Assembly (NCBI RefSeq): GCF_963921235.1
Contig: NC_086097.1
Span: 209,624,001-209,688,000 of the forward strand
Length of the DNA: 64,000 bases
Source of the DNA: Mobula hypostoma
Taxonomy: Eukaryota
Direction: 5' to 3'
Part shown: positions 22,731-35,290 of the stretch, piece after piece
Layout of the letters: each line of letters begins with the position of its first letter
Position numbering within the stretch: position 1 is the first letter of the stretch
Notes under the pieces: model-generated
Database searches by the model: none
Told to the model about the DNA's origin: nothing
What the model saw: the letters and a program-made list of their open reading frames with translations, nothing else
Translations under genes and position numbers: made by a program

Positions 22731-25700
22731 CTGAGAATCCCTCCTCATCAACCCTTACCTTCAACAACAACCCAAACAGGCTGAAAACAGAACAGACTGC
22801 TCTTACAGAGCTGCTAAATGAAATACCTACAGCATAACAGTAAAAATGTGAACCAGGGCATTACAATGTAAAGAAACGCTTTCCATGGTCTCTTGAAGAG
22901 CTGCTTTGAGGTTACTGACTGGAATGTGCTTTGTGAACCATGTGGGGAGGACATTAACCGACTTGCTGATTGAGTCACTGCCGGCATCAAATTCTGTGTG
23001 GACACTAATACCATCAAGGACTGTTCATTGCTTCCCTAATAACAAGTCATGGGTCCCCAGTGATCTAAAGGCTCTTCTCAACTGCAAAAGGAGCCTTCAG
23101 ATCAGGTCACAGGGAGCAATTGAAAAGTGCAGAGGGAGCTAAAGGAGAAGGTCAAGGTGGCTAAAGAGGAAATCAGGAGAGAGCTGGGGAACAAGCTTGG
23201 GCAGAGTAGCACACAGGAGGTGTGGAGGAGCATGAAGAACATCACCGGCTTCGATCGGCCTAGCTGCAGAGCCTCAGAATGCAGCTATGAATGGGCTAAT
23301 GAGTTAAACCAATTCTTTAAAGGGTTTGACAATTGGCCTGCTGTTCACCACCCCCTCTAGCACACTAGCCCAGCTGGCAAGGTATCCAATACTCCTTCAG
23401 CACCAACTCCTCTCCTCCCCACTCCAGATCAACACATGAATGAACAGCACAGGCTACCACTGTCTACATCCCTTCCTCCCCCTGCACCTACTATCCACAC
23501 CTCCACATACCAACTGCTGTTGTCCTGATCTTCACCTCCCCCAGCCCCTCACCTTCCACCAACTCCCCAGTCATCATGGACTCACCTTCACTACTGAGCA
23601 CCTCTGAGGAAACAAACATTGCTAAGCATTGGGACCAGATGGTGTGAACCCCAAAGTCCTGAAGGAGTGTGCTAAGCAGCTGTGTGGAGTCCTCCAGTGC
23701 ATCTTCAATCTGAGGCTCTGCCTGAAAAGGGTCCTGACTATGTGGAAAACATCACGTGTGGCCCTAGTACCTAAGATGGGCTAACCAGAAGTCTTGAATG
23801 ACTACCATCCAGTGGTCCAGACCTCACACATCATTAAGACCCTAGAATGGCTGGTCCTGGCTCACCTCTGACTCCTGATCAGATCAGCCCTCGATCCCCT
23901 CCATTTTTCCTAACAGGAGCACATTGGAGTTGACGATGCTGTCATCTACCTGCCAAACAGAGCCTACTCCCAGTTGGATATGCAGGACAGCACTGTGAGG
24001 ATCAAGTTTTTTGATTTCTCAAGTGCCTTCAATGGCATACAGCCCGCATTGCTGGGGAAAATGCTCCATTCAGTGCAGGTTGCCATTTCTATTATATCCT
24101 GGATGATGGACTATCTGACTGGCAGACCACAGTTTGTTTGGCTAGAGCTGTGTGTCAGATATGGCTATAAGGAGACTGTATTGACTTCCTTCCTGTTTAC
24201 CCTGTAGATACAACATTCAGACTTTAGATACAACATTCAGTCATGTCATCTGCAGGAATTCTCTGATGACTCAGCAATAGTTGGGTGTATAAAGGGAGGA
24301 CAGGAGGATGAATAGAGAGCCCTGGTGGAGGACTTTGTCAAAAGGTGCAAGCTGAATCATGTGCAGCTCAACATCAATAGGACAAAGGGGATGCTGATGA
24401 ACTTTAGGAAGACTGAGCCTGCAGTGCTCAATGTTACTATTGATGATGAGAACGTGGATGTGGATGAAGACCTACAAGTACCTGGGGGTGCATCTGGATG
24501 ATAGTCTTGAGTGGAGCACCAACACGGAGGCTGTGTACAAGAAGGGCCAGAATTGCCTCTGCTTCCTGAGGAGACTGAGATCCTTTGGAGTATGCAGGCC
24601 TCTCCTTCACATGTTCTACCAGTCGGTTGTCACCAATCAATCTCCTATGCGGGTGTGTGCTGGGGCAATGGCATCAACATGGGTGATGCCAACAGGCTCA
24701 ATAAACTGATTATAAAGGCTGGCTGTATTATAGGAGACAAACTGGACACACTGGAGGCTGTGGTAGAACTAACGACCCCTCTAGAAAGTCCTGGGAATTC
24801 TGGACAATGTTTCTCACTCTCTGCATGAACGCTTGGCTGAGCAGAAGAGCACTTTCAGTAATAGACTAAGACAACTGTGAAGCTCCAAAGATCGTTATAC
24901 AAGCTCATTCTTACCCTCAGCCAGTAGGATCTATAAAGAGTCAACCTATAGACGGGGAAGTGATGACCCCTCCTGTTAGACTGTTATTAACCTCTGTTTA
25001 TCACACCCTGCTATCGCAGACAGCCTGTGCAATACTACTATCACTTATTATCTAGACGGTGTAAATGTGCATCCATACTGTATAATATTATGGTAAATCT
25101 TGCACTGCCATCTTATCAGTGTGAACTTGGAAATTTGTAAATCTTGTCATCTTCGACTTATAAATCTTGTACATCTTATTTTTAAGGTAACATTTTTATT
25201 CTTACAATATTTGTATATCTATGCACAACTTTCCTTCAGGATCAATAAAGTATCTGTCTATCTATTTATCTATCTATATCTGATTATTATGGAGCAGAAA
25301 TCAACCGAGCATTCTGAACTGCAGAGGCAGTTAATTAATCAGAGGAAATCCTGCACAGTTGTGGGTCTCACTTCCTAAAATGCCATGGCTACTTTTAATC
25401 ACTGAGGCACAAGTGAGACAATATAGTCCTGAAGGTAGAGATATGCCAAAAGCACAAGGTATAAACAGATTTAAGTATTTGAACAACTTGTGAATGCCGG
25501 AACTTCCAAAACAAATGGACACTTGTAGTTTGCAAAAAAGCAAACTTAGGAAGCTCTTTACAAAAGAATTATCTACATGTGCATAGGGTAAGAGAGGCTA
25601 AGAGATGAATAATTGTTAATTGGATGATGTGACTACTCTAAGGTCAAAGTAGCCTTCTCCACAGGTGTCCATATCCTAAATTCCCAATCCGTCACAACAT

Positions 25701-25857
25701 TTAGGAGTTGCTCTGTTCAACGCTGGAACACTTGAATTTATTCTGAGCTATTTCACCTGTCTGTGGCTGCAGCCTATCAAAGAAAAACATGATTAATCTG
25801 ATAATAACTGCAGTTAAAGTTACAAAATAGGATTCTGATTTGATAATCAATTAACAA

Positions 25858-26715
25858 TTCAAAGTAAATTTGTTATCAAATAATATATAAATTATACAAT
25901 CTCAAGATTTGTTTGCTTACAGGCAGCCAAAAAGCAAGGATCCCAAAAGAACCCAACTTAAAAAAAAATAAAATAAAGTCCAACACCTGATGCACAGAGA
26001 AAGGGGAAAAAAGACAAATCACGCAAGCAGTAGAAGTGAACAACAACATTTTGAACGAAAATGAGTCCTTGGGTCCGAACATCAGAGCAGCCCGGAGTAG
26101 GCCCAAAGCCTCAGTATCAGTTAGTCATATTAGTCGATGTGGAGCACAGCAGCCAGGCCAGTGTTCATAGCCTCAGTGCCATGGAGAGAGGAGTGAACAT
26201 CACGGGAGAGCGAGTGAAGTCTACTTTCGCCTACGATCCCAACACCCTGTCTTTCTAGTCTGTCTGGGCCACCTTTTAAATTGTCCAAACAACCCGGGCA
26301 CTGCAGCAGCGAAAGGCTTCGGGCCTCGACTATGCCACCCAGCAACTCGCTCCGAGCCCTGATATTGCTAGCCACCCTGAAGCCACTCTCGATTTCTCCA
26401 AGTCAGCTCGGTGCCCAGAGCAATCCAGCCTCATACCCAGGCCAGTTGTATGGGCATCAAATCTCCTCTACCTCGTCTTCTCCTCTCTGAATGGCTCTTT
26501 CCATCTGCATCAATGCTGCAATGTACCAACACGGTACATTCTCGAATTCGCTTCACTTTCACTCAATTCTTCATTGTTTGTGGTGTTAATTTACTACGAT
26601 TTACTTCAGAAAACGACTCAGTAGTATTATTAATGTTCTTAGTCGAATTTCTTGCCTTTAGAGCTACCAGTGAGCTGTCGCACATGTTTGTTCGCGACAT
26701 CTTAAGCTGGAAGTA
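25858..26715 (-). mobile_element. Non-coding retroposon with a Rex/Babar-like 3' tail and LINE-like 5' end
   Basis: Tail (reverse complement) tttgataacaaatttactttgaa matches 61947-61970; 5' end (reverse complement) acttccagcttaagatgtcg resembles AAGATGGCG LINE starts. Confidence 0.6.
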
Positions 26716-27014
26716 AACTGGAGTTAAAGCAACTGTACAATATCTTCATTTTCCTAGTCAATTTGTCACAATTCCTATCAAAATTTTTTAAATGTAAACA
26801 AAATCTCTAACCAGAAAATACAATTTTGATACATATGTTTCTGAAGAGCATCAATATTTTTAACCTGAAACTCGCATTCAATCATACTGGTTCAGCTAAC
26901 AAAATACTTAATTAGTCTAAATATCAGAATATAATTACCTGTTTATGAAATTACTTCAGATAATGTTATCCACTTTTCTATGGAAGGTTTAGAATCCAAA
27001 CCGCACCATCCTAC

Positions 27015-27115
27015 AAATCCTGATGAAGAGTCTCGGCCCGAAACGGTGACTGTTTATTCTTTTCCACAGATGCTGCCTGGCCTGCTGAGTTCCTCCAGCA
27101 TTTTGTGTGTGTTGC
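27015..27115 (+). mobile_element. PLE pLTR fragment with hammerhead core
   Basis: cctgatgaagagtctcggcccgaaacggtgactg followed by the PLE tail. Confidence 0.7.
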
Positions 27116-27651
27116 TGTTCTTCAAGGACAACTTCAGTTTTTGGCTAATTAAACCGAAACTAATTAAATCTTCTTACTCTGTTCAAGCATTGGTGATCTA
27201 TAAGGGCTTAGGTAGGGCTTCCAAATTTGGCTAAACAATTATCAGCTTCTTTCTCAAATTAGAGAGCATCTTAACAGGTTCACTTCTACTGTATTTTATT
27301 GACAAGTATACTGTGGAAATAAAATGAACACATGTAAGAAATAGTCACCAATTAGGTAGCATCACAACAGGAAAAAATTGTTTCAGGTCTGTTGACCTTC
27401 AATTCTTTCATATGGCAAAGAAGGAAGCATCAAAGAAAAAAGAGACAAGTTTTGTTCTGCAGTGTGGAGCAGTCCCACAGTACTGCATTTCTTCCCTGTG
27501 TTTCTGCCCCTTGGTAAAAGGTGTAAGAGCAAACATTCCCATTGTTGTGCCCTTCGTTGTTACAGTGATATCTCTAGCTGTATTTTGCAGCAGAGCTTGA
27601 ACTCTTGTATTGAATCTGAAGAAAATGGAAAGGATTGACATGGTGAATTAT

Positions 27652-28906
27652 CACACGCTTTTTCATTCTGCCCACAAATTTTCTATCGGATTGCGGTCAG
27701 AAAATTATGTCAAGTTTGGTTCATCCTTGGGAGCAATTTCCAAATGCCTGAAGGTACCACGTTCATCTGTACAAACAATAGTACGCAAGTATAAACACCA
27801 TGGGACCACGCAGCCGTCATACCGCTCAGGAAGGAGACGCATTCTGTCTCCTAGAGATGAATGTACTTTGGCGCGAAAAGTGCATATCTATCCCAGAACA
27901 ACAGCAAAGGACCTTGTGAAGATGCTGGAGGAAACTGGTAGACAAGTATCTATGTCCACAGTAAAACGAGTCTTATCTCGACATAACCTGAAAGGCTGCT
28001 CAGCAAGGAAGAAGCCACTGCTCCAAAACCACCATAAAAAAGCCAAACTATAGTTTGCAAGTGCACATGGGGACAAAGATCTTACTTTTTGGAGAAATGC
28101 CCTCTGGTCTGATGAAACAAAAATTGAACTGTTGGGCCATAATGACCATCGTTATGTTTGGAGGAAAAAGGGTGAGGCTTGAAAGCCGAACAACACCATC
28201 CCAACCGTGAAGCATGGGGGTGGCAGCATCATCATGTTGTGGGGGTGCTTTGCTGCAGGAGGGACCGGTGCACTTCACAAAATAGATGGCATCATGAGGA
28301 AGGAAAATTATATGGATATATTGAAGCAACATCTCAAGATATCAGCCAGGAAGTTAAAGTTCGGTCGCAAATGGGTCTTCCAAATGGACAATGACCCCAA
28401 GCATATTTCCAAAGTTGTAGCAAAATTGCTTAAGGACACTAAAGTCAAGGTATTGGAGTGGCCATCACAAAACCCTGACCTCAATCCGATAGAAAATTTG
28501 TGGGCAGAACTGAAAAAGCATGTGCGAGCAAGGAGGCCTACAAACCTGACTCAGTTACACCAGTTCTGTGTGGAGGTATGGAACAAAATTCCGGCAACTT
28601 ATTGTGAGAAGCTTGTGGAAGGCAACCAAAACGTGTGACCCAAGTTAAACAATTTAAAGGCAATGCTACCAAATACTAACAAAGTGTATGTAAACTTCTG
28701 ACCCACTGGGACAGTGATGAAAGAAATAAAAGCTGAAATAAATCATTCTCTCTACTATCATTCTGACATTTCACATTCTTAAAAAAAGTAGTGATCCTAA
28801 CTGACCTAAGACAGGGAACATTTTCTAGGATTAAATGTCAGGAATTGTGAAAAACTAAGTTTAAATGTATTTGGCTAAGGTGTATGTAAACTTCTGACTT
28901 CAACTG
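27652..28906 (+). mobile_element. 5'-truncated Tc1 transposon of the Sleeping Beauty (IR/DR) type; transposase pseudogene
   Basis: GSSLGAISK.LKVPRSSVQTIVRKYKHHGTTQPSYRSGRRR, WSDETKIEL, FQMDNDPKH, NPDLNPIENLW, KGNATKY-stop. Right IR/DR with inner DR at about 28684 and end tgtaaacttctgacttcaactg|TA. Confidence 0.95.
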
Positions 28907-29244
28907 TAGATGTCATACCAAGTTGCAGGAGCAAAAATAAAAAAAAGATTTGAATTTGCAAATGGGTTTTTAGGACTTCTGATTATCTCAACCGTTTTTC
29001 ACAGCCCGTGAGGTAAATTCAAAAACATGGCACTTAGCCATGTAGGAAATGTTCCAGGCAATCTCCAGATAATAGAAATATGAGATTCTGTTACAGTCAC
29101 ATTGACTTCCAATGTAAATATTTGTCAAAATAGCAAGGATATATTTGAAGATCAATAGAAGGCCATGTACAGTAGTTGGTGCTGTGCTCTAAATTTTTCT
29201 CGAACTTGTTGAGTGCTGAAGTTTATTGTAACTCATGATGGATG

Positions 29245-29863
29245 TGTAACTGAGTCTTGGTTACACTGGCTGCCAAGGTGTCTAAAATGGCTTCATTATA
29301 TGTTATATAAAATGGATTTTTCTGTAATAATAACTGTGATGTAAGCAGTTCTCTCTTTCCCTGCTTGTTTGGGATATATTATTGATAAGAGGAGGAACGA
29401 ACCAATGAGTGTCCATGTTATTCTTTTTGTGGGTGATATTCTGTCTCATGTGGCTGGGGACTGTGTGGTTTGGAGGGTTTTTCGGGCGGAGAAGACGGAG
29501 GAAGGTCGCATTCGGAGGCGTCTGGTTGACCACTTGAGCGGTCCCTGCGGGTCGTCGGAGGCCGAGGACAGAGGGTCGAGGTTCTGTGGGATATTGAGCT
29601 CCAACAAAACCCTAAGTGCACTGACTTTTAAAACTCTTTTTGAACTTTGGCGCCTTTCTTTGTTTTATTCTTTTAGAGTGTATTCCTTGTTAACCGATAT
29701 TCGCAGTAAGATTTATAAAGTGTACATATTTAACCGCTTATGGTGTTCTGTCTGATCTGTGAATTGGGCATTTACGCAGCCTCCACATAAACTGGCTTAT
29801 GTAGTTGGCTGGTTGCGGGGCTTCCCTAGACACTGAAGAACAGGGTTTGTCTATAGCTTTACA
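29245..29863 (+). mobile_element. Solo LTR
   Basis: tgtaac...ttaca; flanks gatg/gata (4-bp TSD, one mismatch); shares aaaatggcttc, gaaccaat, gagctccaac, tggcgccttt and ttccctagac blocks with 59646-60343. Confidence 0.75.
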
Positions 29864-32639
29864 GATAATATCTGCATTGTGTCTTTGGCCACTAGGAAAA
29901 GATTGTCAAGGAGGATTATTAATGTGATATTCCTTTGGTCGACTGCACAGACTCCATTCTGTAGCTATTATAATTTATCGTTCTTGAGGATGGTCTTGAT
30001 TATGAGGTTTTTGAGATCCTTTGATATGTTCTCTTTTTCCCACCATCTGTGCAAATGCATACCAGATATACTGCTCTATCATGTTCTGGTATTTCAGCAG
30101 AGATTTTGTCCACAACAGAACTAGAAAAGTAATTTTCTCGTTACTGGATAGCCAGGCTGTGGTTTTTAAATGAAAATATGTTGTGAAATAGTCTGAGAAA
30201 CTCAAGTTAAGGACAGAGTCTCAGTTGACATGATCTTCAGAGCCTCTCTTCCATCATGCTGACTGTTTTTCTGTCCCAAATGAGCTTTGTTCCATTTTTG
30301 GCTTTACTGGGTTGGCTCGTTGTGTGTTTGGGCCATAGGTGGTCTTGGCAGCATCAAGAATCCCAGCAAACCATGGTCTTTGTTAGTGGCTGGGTCTCTT
30401 GTGCTCTTCACCCCCATCTTGTGGAATATGCTAAGACACAAACTTTAGGGTAGTGCAGGTGCTACGCCATGGGATGTAGGGCAAAGTCAAAGCTTATTGT
30501 TCTAGAAATTAAGTTTGAAAGCTCAAAGTAAGTTAGATAGTGGGTGTCTATATGGGGACTAAGGGATGTGATAGTTGGTACCAGTGTAGTGATGTATTAG
30601 AGATCTCATTTTGGTAGATGTCTTTCAAATTATAAGGGACACAGTGTAAAATTGAATAAATGGAATTAGGCCACAGGGCAGACCTGATTTCCTTGAATGC
30701 AGGGAAGCCAAGCACCGGAGTGTGGCCTACTTACTGCAGTATCGATAAAGCCTGATCATAGCAACAAGTAATGACCTTTTAAAGTAGTTAAAAATTAAGG
30801 AAAGTCCATTGCCTGAGAAATCAGTTTTCAGGTTAAAAAAACCTTAGTATTCTTTATTGTGGCTTTGCCTGTATTACCATGTCCATTGCAGGTAAAGCTG
30901 AAATATTTAGAAAGCTTTGAATGAATATTATTTTTGTTTAGTCAATCACCATTATCTGAGGAAATTCTTTTCTTAGCTACTTGTAAGGAAACATGTCTCC
31001 TCTAATCTATTCATGTTAGCTTGTTATTTTATTTCCAAGGATGTTCTGACAATTTAATTCTAATATTAAAAAAAATCACTGTAGAACTGTTCAGGCAACA
31101 TGGTCAATACCTGAAACTCCCTTGGGAAAAGTATGGCAAATAACACAGCATTTTAAGCAAATTGAATTGATTGACATAAGTTAGAGAGCACCAGGACAGA
31201 ATTGACAATGAGCTTCTTTTGTTCTTTCTTTCCTACAAATCAAACACCTCCTTCTGCACATCATTCTGATTATAGAGTGTGACATTCCGCAAGTACTAGC
31301 CTATATTTGTCCTTCTACCCTGTCGAGGGTAATTCTCTACTTCCCCAGAACACCATAATAATCTAAAAAGCCTGTTCTTTCTCAGGCGTAATCCCATTAT
31401 CATTGCTCTGGTTTTTCAAGCTCCACAGTTGGGTTGACTCACTCAGCATTATTTATAGCTCTTATGCGCTTATTATCATTATCGTAACTTGTTTTCTGAT
31501 TGTCTGCTTAGTTGTACATTTTTGTGGACTCTTCTAGGATGTACTAAGAATAAATTTATAGGTGACTGCATACACCAGGGAAATTAACTCATTCATTGGC
31601 AATCAGTACTTTAAAGAACAAAAGGCCTTCCTAAAAGTGATTTCTTCTCAACTACCAGGCCAGGAAATTTTCTCCCAGTGATACTTGTTTTTGGGTGCGA
31701 CACCATTCAATTTCAATAACAAAGAAAATTAGTGGATTTAGTTCAACAGACAGAGGAGCCCTGATCTAAAAAGTCATGTTCTGTGCCATGTGACATAGCT
31801 CTGGACACTATTTCCATAGTACTGGATTTCACATTTGTGTGGAAGTAGGCAATCAAAATGATTGAATCCTGCTTCAGAGCAGCTTACTAGTGATTTGCTG
31901 GAGCTATGGATTCCTGCAGTGTCGATTTGCCTTTGTTCAACTTGTATCCATCAAGGTAACTCTTCCATAAGCCCTCAAACCCTACTCACTCCCTACTAAG
32001 CCCACCCAATTAATAACTTTTCACCAGCTTTTTATTCCCCAAATTGTCATCAACCTGCTACCTGGAGTCCGTATCCTCCAACTCCCAAAATACTACCACC
32101 TCAGTGCTCCACCTGTCTCTTTAACTGACCTTGGATCCAATCATTACTGATCTCCTAACAATACTTCAGACCATCTCCTGCATCAACTCTCCCATGGTTC
32201 CTAGCAGCCAATCATGCCTTGAGCGTCTTATTAATGAGTCTTTCAGTACTGAGCTCCAAAATCGCCATGGTTCCATCAACCTTCACTGCGTCTATGAATG
32301 TGATTACCAGATTTCCCAAAGGCTTTCAGGCACTGAAACTCCTCACTCTGTGGTTATCCGTTATCAAAGGGAAGAGAGGTCTCCCATCCTAGTAGTTTGC
32401 GAACTCTAGAAAGTTAATGGCAGCAAATGAAGTGGGGAGGAGTAATGTAGTGCGTCCTTTAACAATCCCAAAATGTTGCATCATGTAGACTCTGGCCTAG
32501 CGATTTACAATAGAGTACTTTGGCAGAAGGAAGTTGCATATTCCCAATGGTGCATTTGTGATAGACTTTTACTCTCAATTATTGCTTCAGCTTCCAAGAT
32601 AAAGGAGCCAGATTTACAAAGAGCCATAGAAACTTTGGA

Positions 32640-32890
32640 TGGTGTGGTGGTGTATCAGTTAGCATAACTCTATTCCAGTGCCAGTGACCGGGTTCTGTTC
32701 CCACCACTGTTTGTAAAGAGTTAGTACCTTCTTCCCATGACTGCTTGTGTTTCCTCCAGGTACTCTGGTTTCCTCCCATATTCCAAAGATTGTTAGGTTA
32801 GTGGGTTAATTGGTCACATGGGTATAATTGGGTGGCATGGGTTCATTGGGTGCCGTTACCACGCTGTATCTCTAAATAAAAAATAAAGAT
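32640..32890 (+). mobile_element. HE1/V-SINE-like SINE
   Basis: tRNA-like head with gggttctgttccc B box, V domain tttcctccaggtactctggtttcctccca, A-rich tail. Confidence 0.75.
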
Positions 32891-32989
32891 AAACCTTGTT
32901 TACAAGAATTTGGTGGCTTTGACTGCATTGAGTGATTGCTTGCATTTTAGTGAAAAGGTTGGAGATTCAGAAACTCTTGCATTTTGAAA

Positions 32990-34055
32990 TTTGCTGGCAC
33001 TGACACTGTACTATCAAAGTGGTCCCCTTTCAACTGAGACCTTAAAGGCAGGTCCTAGATGTCATCCAGGTGGATTTAAAGATCCCATGTAGTTTCAATA
33101 GGTTTCAATATCAATAGGTACATTTAATGTCAGAGAAATGCATACAATATACATCCTGAAATTCTTTTTCTTTGCAAACATCCATAAAAACAGAGGAGTG
33201 CCCCAAAGAATGAATGACAGTTAAATGTTAGAACCCCAAATCTCCCAGCTCCCCCCTTCCACATATAAGCAGTAGCAAGGCAGCAATTCCCTCCCTCCCT
33301 CCCCCACCAGTGGAAAAGCATCGGCACCCCCCTCTGAGCACTCAAGCCTGCAGCAAAGCATCAATAAAGACACAGATTTGCAGTACCCCAAAGACTACTA
33401 CTCCCAGTATTCTACACACCACAGGCTCTCTCTCGCTCCCTAATAAGGGAAAAGGGGTGTCCCTGTTTCACAGCGAGAGGGGAAACATAACAAACAACTC
33501 ACTGATTTATGATGTTAAAAGTCTGTTGCATTGCTATTTCCAAGCTCTGTGCCCAAAGAATTCGGGTCTCTGGGCACACAGCAAGCAGCCAGCTTGGAGC
33601 TTATAATCTTCTGTCTCCCGTGACGCATCAGGTGGTGACATCAGCCTCGAGACCACCCGCCTCCAGAGCCACGAAAATCTGGCACCCTGAAGACATGCTA
33701 ATATTCCAGACCGCATCCTTGGTATATCGAAAAGCGGCCGGTCGTGAGGCCCCGAGAGCGGGTCCTGTTTCCACAAAGATCCGAAGTCAGCATGTAACTC
33801 CAGGTCAGGGTCTTCAAAAGAACCTTGAAAAGGAAAGAAAGAGATATCCGAGATAGCAATAGAGCTGTTTCTAATGATGCATGCAAAGGAGTCGCCGTTG
33901 GGCACCATCGTCCTCCTAAGCTCCACCCAATTCAGATAAAAGAAGGCAAGCAAATTTCTCTTGGATGTCCCAGGCAGTATTAATCGTTTATCAAATTCAC
34001 TGAACAAATTACCTGATTATTAAGTCACTGCAATTTGTAGAGTATTGCTATGTAC
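32990..34055 (+). mobile_element. Ancient Deu-domain SINE (SacSINE1/AmnSINE1-like), split by the insertion at 33093-33915
   Basis: ctgacact...tgagaccttaaaggcaggtcct...caggtggatttaaagatcccatg resumes as tgtcccaggcagtattaatc...gctatgtacaa, resembling the recalled Deu consensus. Confidence 0.55.
33093..33915 (-). mobile_element. Apparently full-length non-coding retroposon (bipartite LINE derivative)
   Basis: Short tandem tail (gtttcaatag)n; 5' end (reverse complement) gacgatggtgcccaacggcgactcc; homologous to 22173-22730; no RT ORF. Confidence 0.7.
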
Positions 34056-34056
34056 A

Positions 34057-34590
34057 AGCAACACACACAAAATGCTGGAGGAACTCGGAGGTTGAGCGGC
34101 ATCTATGAGAAAGAGTGTAGTCAATGTTTTGGGCTGAGACCCTTCAACAGGACTTGGAGAAAAAAAAGATGAGTCAGAATTAAAAGGTGGGGGAGGGGAG
34201 GGACAAGCACAAGGTAAGAGGTGAAACGGGGGGAAGAGGGGTAAAGTAAAGAGCTGGGAAATTGGTGAAAGAGTTACAGGGCTGGAGAAAGGTAAATCTT
34301 ATAGGAGAGGACAGAAGGCCATGGAAGAAAGAAAAGGCGGAGGGGCTCCAGAGGGAAGCGATGGGTGGCAAGGAGATGAGGTGAGAGGGCGAAAGGGATA
34401 GGGAATGGTGAAGGAAAGGATAGGGCATTGCTGGAAGTTTGAGTAATCGATTTTCATGTTTTCAGTTTAGAGCTACCCAGATGGAATAAATGTGTTGCTC
34501 CTCTAACCTGAGTGTGGCCTCACAGAGGAGGCCATGGATTGACATGTCAGAATGGGAAGTGGCATTAAAATGGGTGATCCTACTTTTTGC
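34057..34590 (-). mobile_element. Penelope-like 3' fragment
   Basis: HFNATSHSDMSIHGLL..ATLRLEEQH plus pLTR on the minus strand. Confidence 0.85.
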
Positions 34591-35044
34591 CTTGTACAAA
34601 TTGGCTTTCAAGATTTGTACATTATAAAATTGACTATATTTTAAGGAATCTTTTATTGGCTGTAAAATTCTTTGCGATTTTGCAGTTGTGAAATGCACTT
34701 TCAAAATGCATGTTCATCATTTGTATTGCTATAGGATATAAATATTTCCACAATGCAATTTTTCTCTTACTACTGGGGTTTAAAATAATGAAGTGGTAGT
34801 TGTTTCCTATTAACTATTTATCATTTAAAGTATGCATAAAATCATCCATTCTTTTATTCATTTTTTTTTGTTTGGACTTTCCTTGTTACATTTTAATCCT
34901 CAGTTGGGGAAAATATGTAGTTCAGGCTAACCAATAGAGCTGGCCAAAACCTATCTATGGTATAGCTTATTTACTCTAGGGTCTGTCACTTGCAGAGCCC
35001 ACCCATGGTAGAGCTGTCCGTCCTACTGTAGCTGTTCTACCCCT

Positions 35045-35290
35045 AGTGTGATACAGTAGCATAGTGGTTAGCACAGTGCTTTACGGTACCAGCGACACGG
35101 GTTCAATTCCCACCACTGCCTATAAGGAGTTTGTACGTTCTCCCTGTGACCACGTGGGTTTCCTCCCACAGTCCAAAGACGTACCAGTTGGCAGGTTAAT
35201 TGGAATTCTCCCGTGTTTAGTTTCGGGTTAAAAGGCTCGAAGAGCCAGAAGGGCCTGCTCTGCGCTGTATTTCAATAAAATAAAGTAAAT
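35045..35290 (+). mobile_element. HE1/V-SINE-like SINE
   Basis: tagcatagtggttagcac A box, gggttcaattccc B box, V domain, aataaa tail. Confidence 0.85.

Larger units (their letters stand above)
17710..22865 (-). mobile_element. Solo LTR on the minus strand, split by later insertions (17710-18143, 22107-22172, about 22731-22865)
   Basis: Reverse complement starts tgtaatgccctgg and ends gggggtttca; the 3' part resembles the ends of the solo LTRs at 29245 and 59646 (atccacacaaa...ctagac...gccaag). No clean TSD found. Confidence 0.6.
16380..25280 (+). mobile_element. Rex1/Babar-like LINE split by nested insertions (pieces about 16380-16760, 17324-17709, 22866-25280)
   Basis: APE motif VRSLANKMEEL..SVMCFTETWLH; FPNNKSWV; RT VRIKFFDFSSAFN and KYLGVHLD..LEWSTNT; tail aataaagtatc(tatc)n. 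Confidence 0.88.

Noticed and set aside
24206..24240. Direct repeat tagatacaacattcag x2
   Set aside because: Local duplication within a decayed Rex RT; not an array or CRISPR.
27408..27616. Minus-strand ORF behind a good polypyrimidine/AG acceptor
   Set aside because: No recognisable protein similarity and no partner exon; unsupported without RNA data.
35045..35120. tRNA gene
   Set aside because: A and B boxes run into a V-domain and tail, so it is a SINE head; no full cloverleaf.
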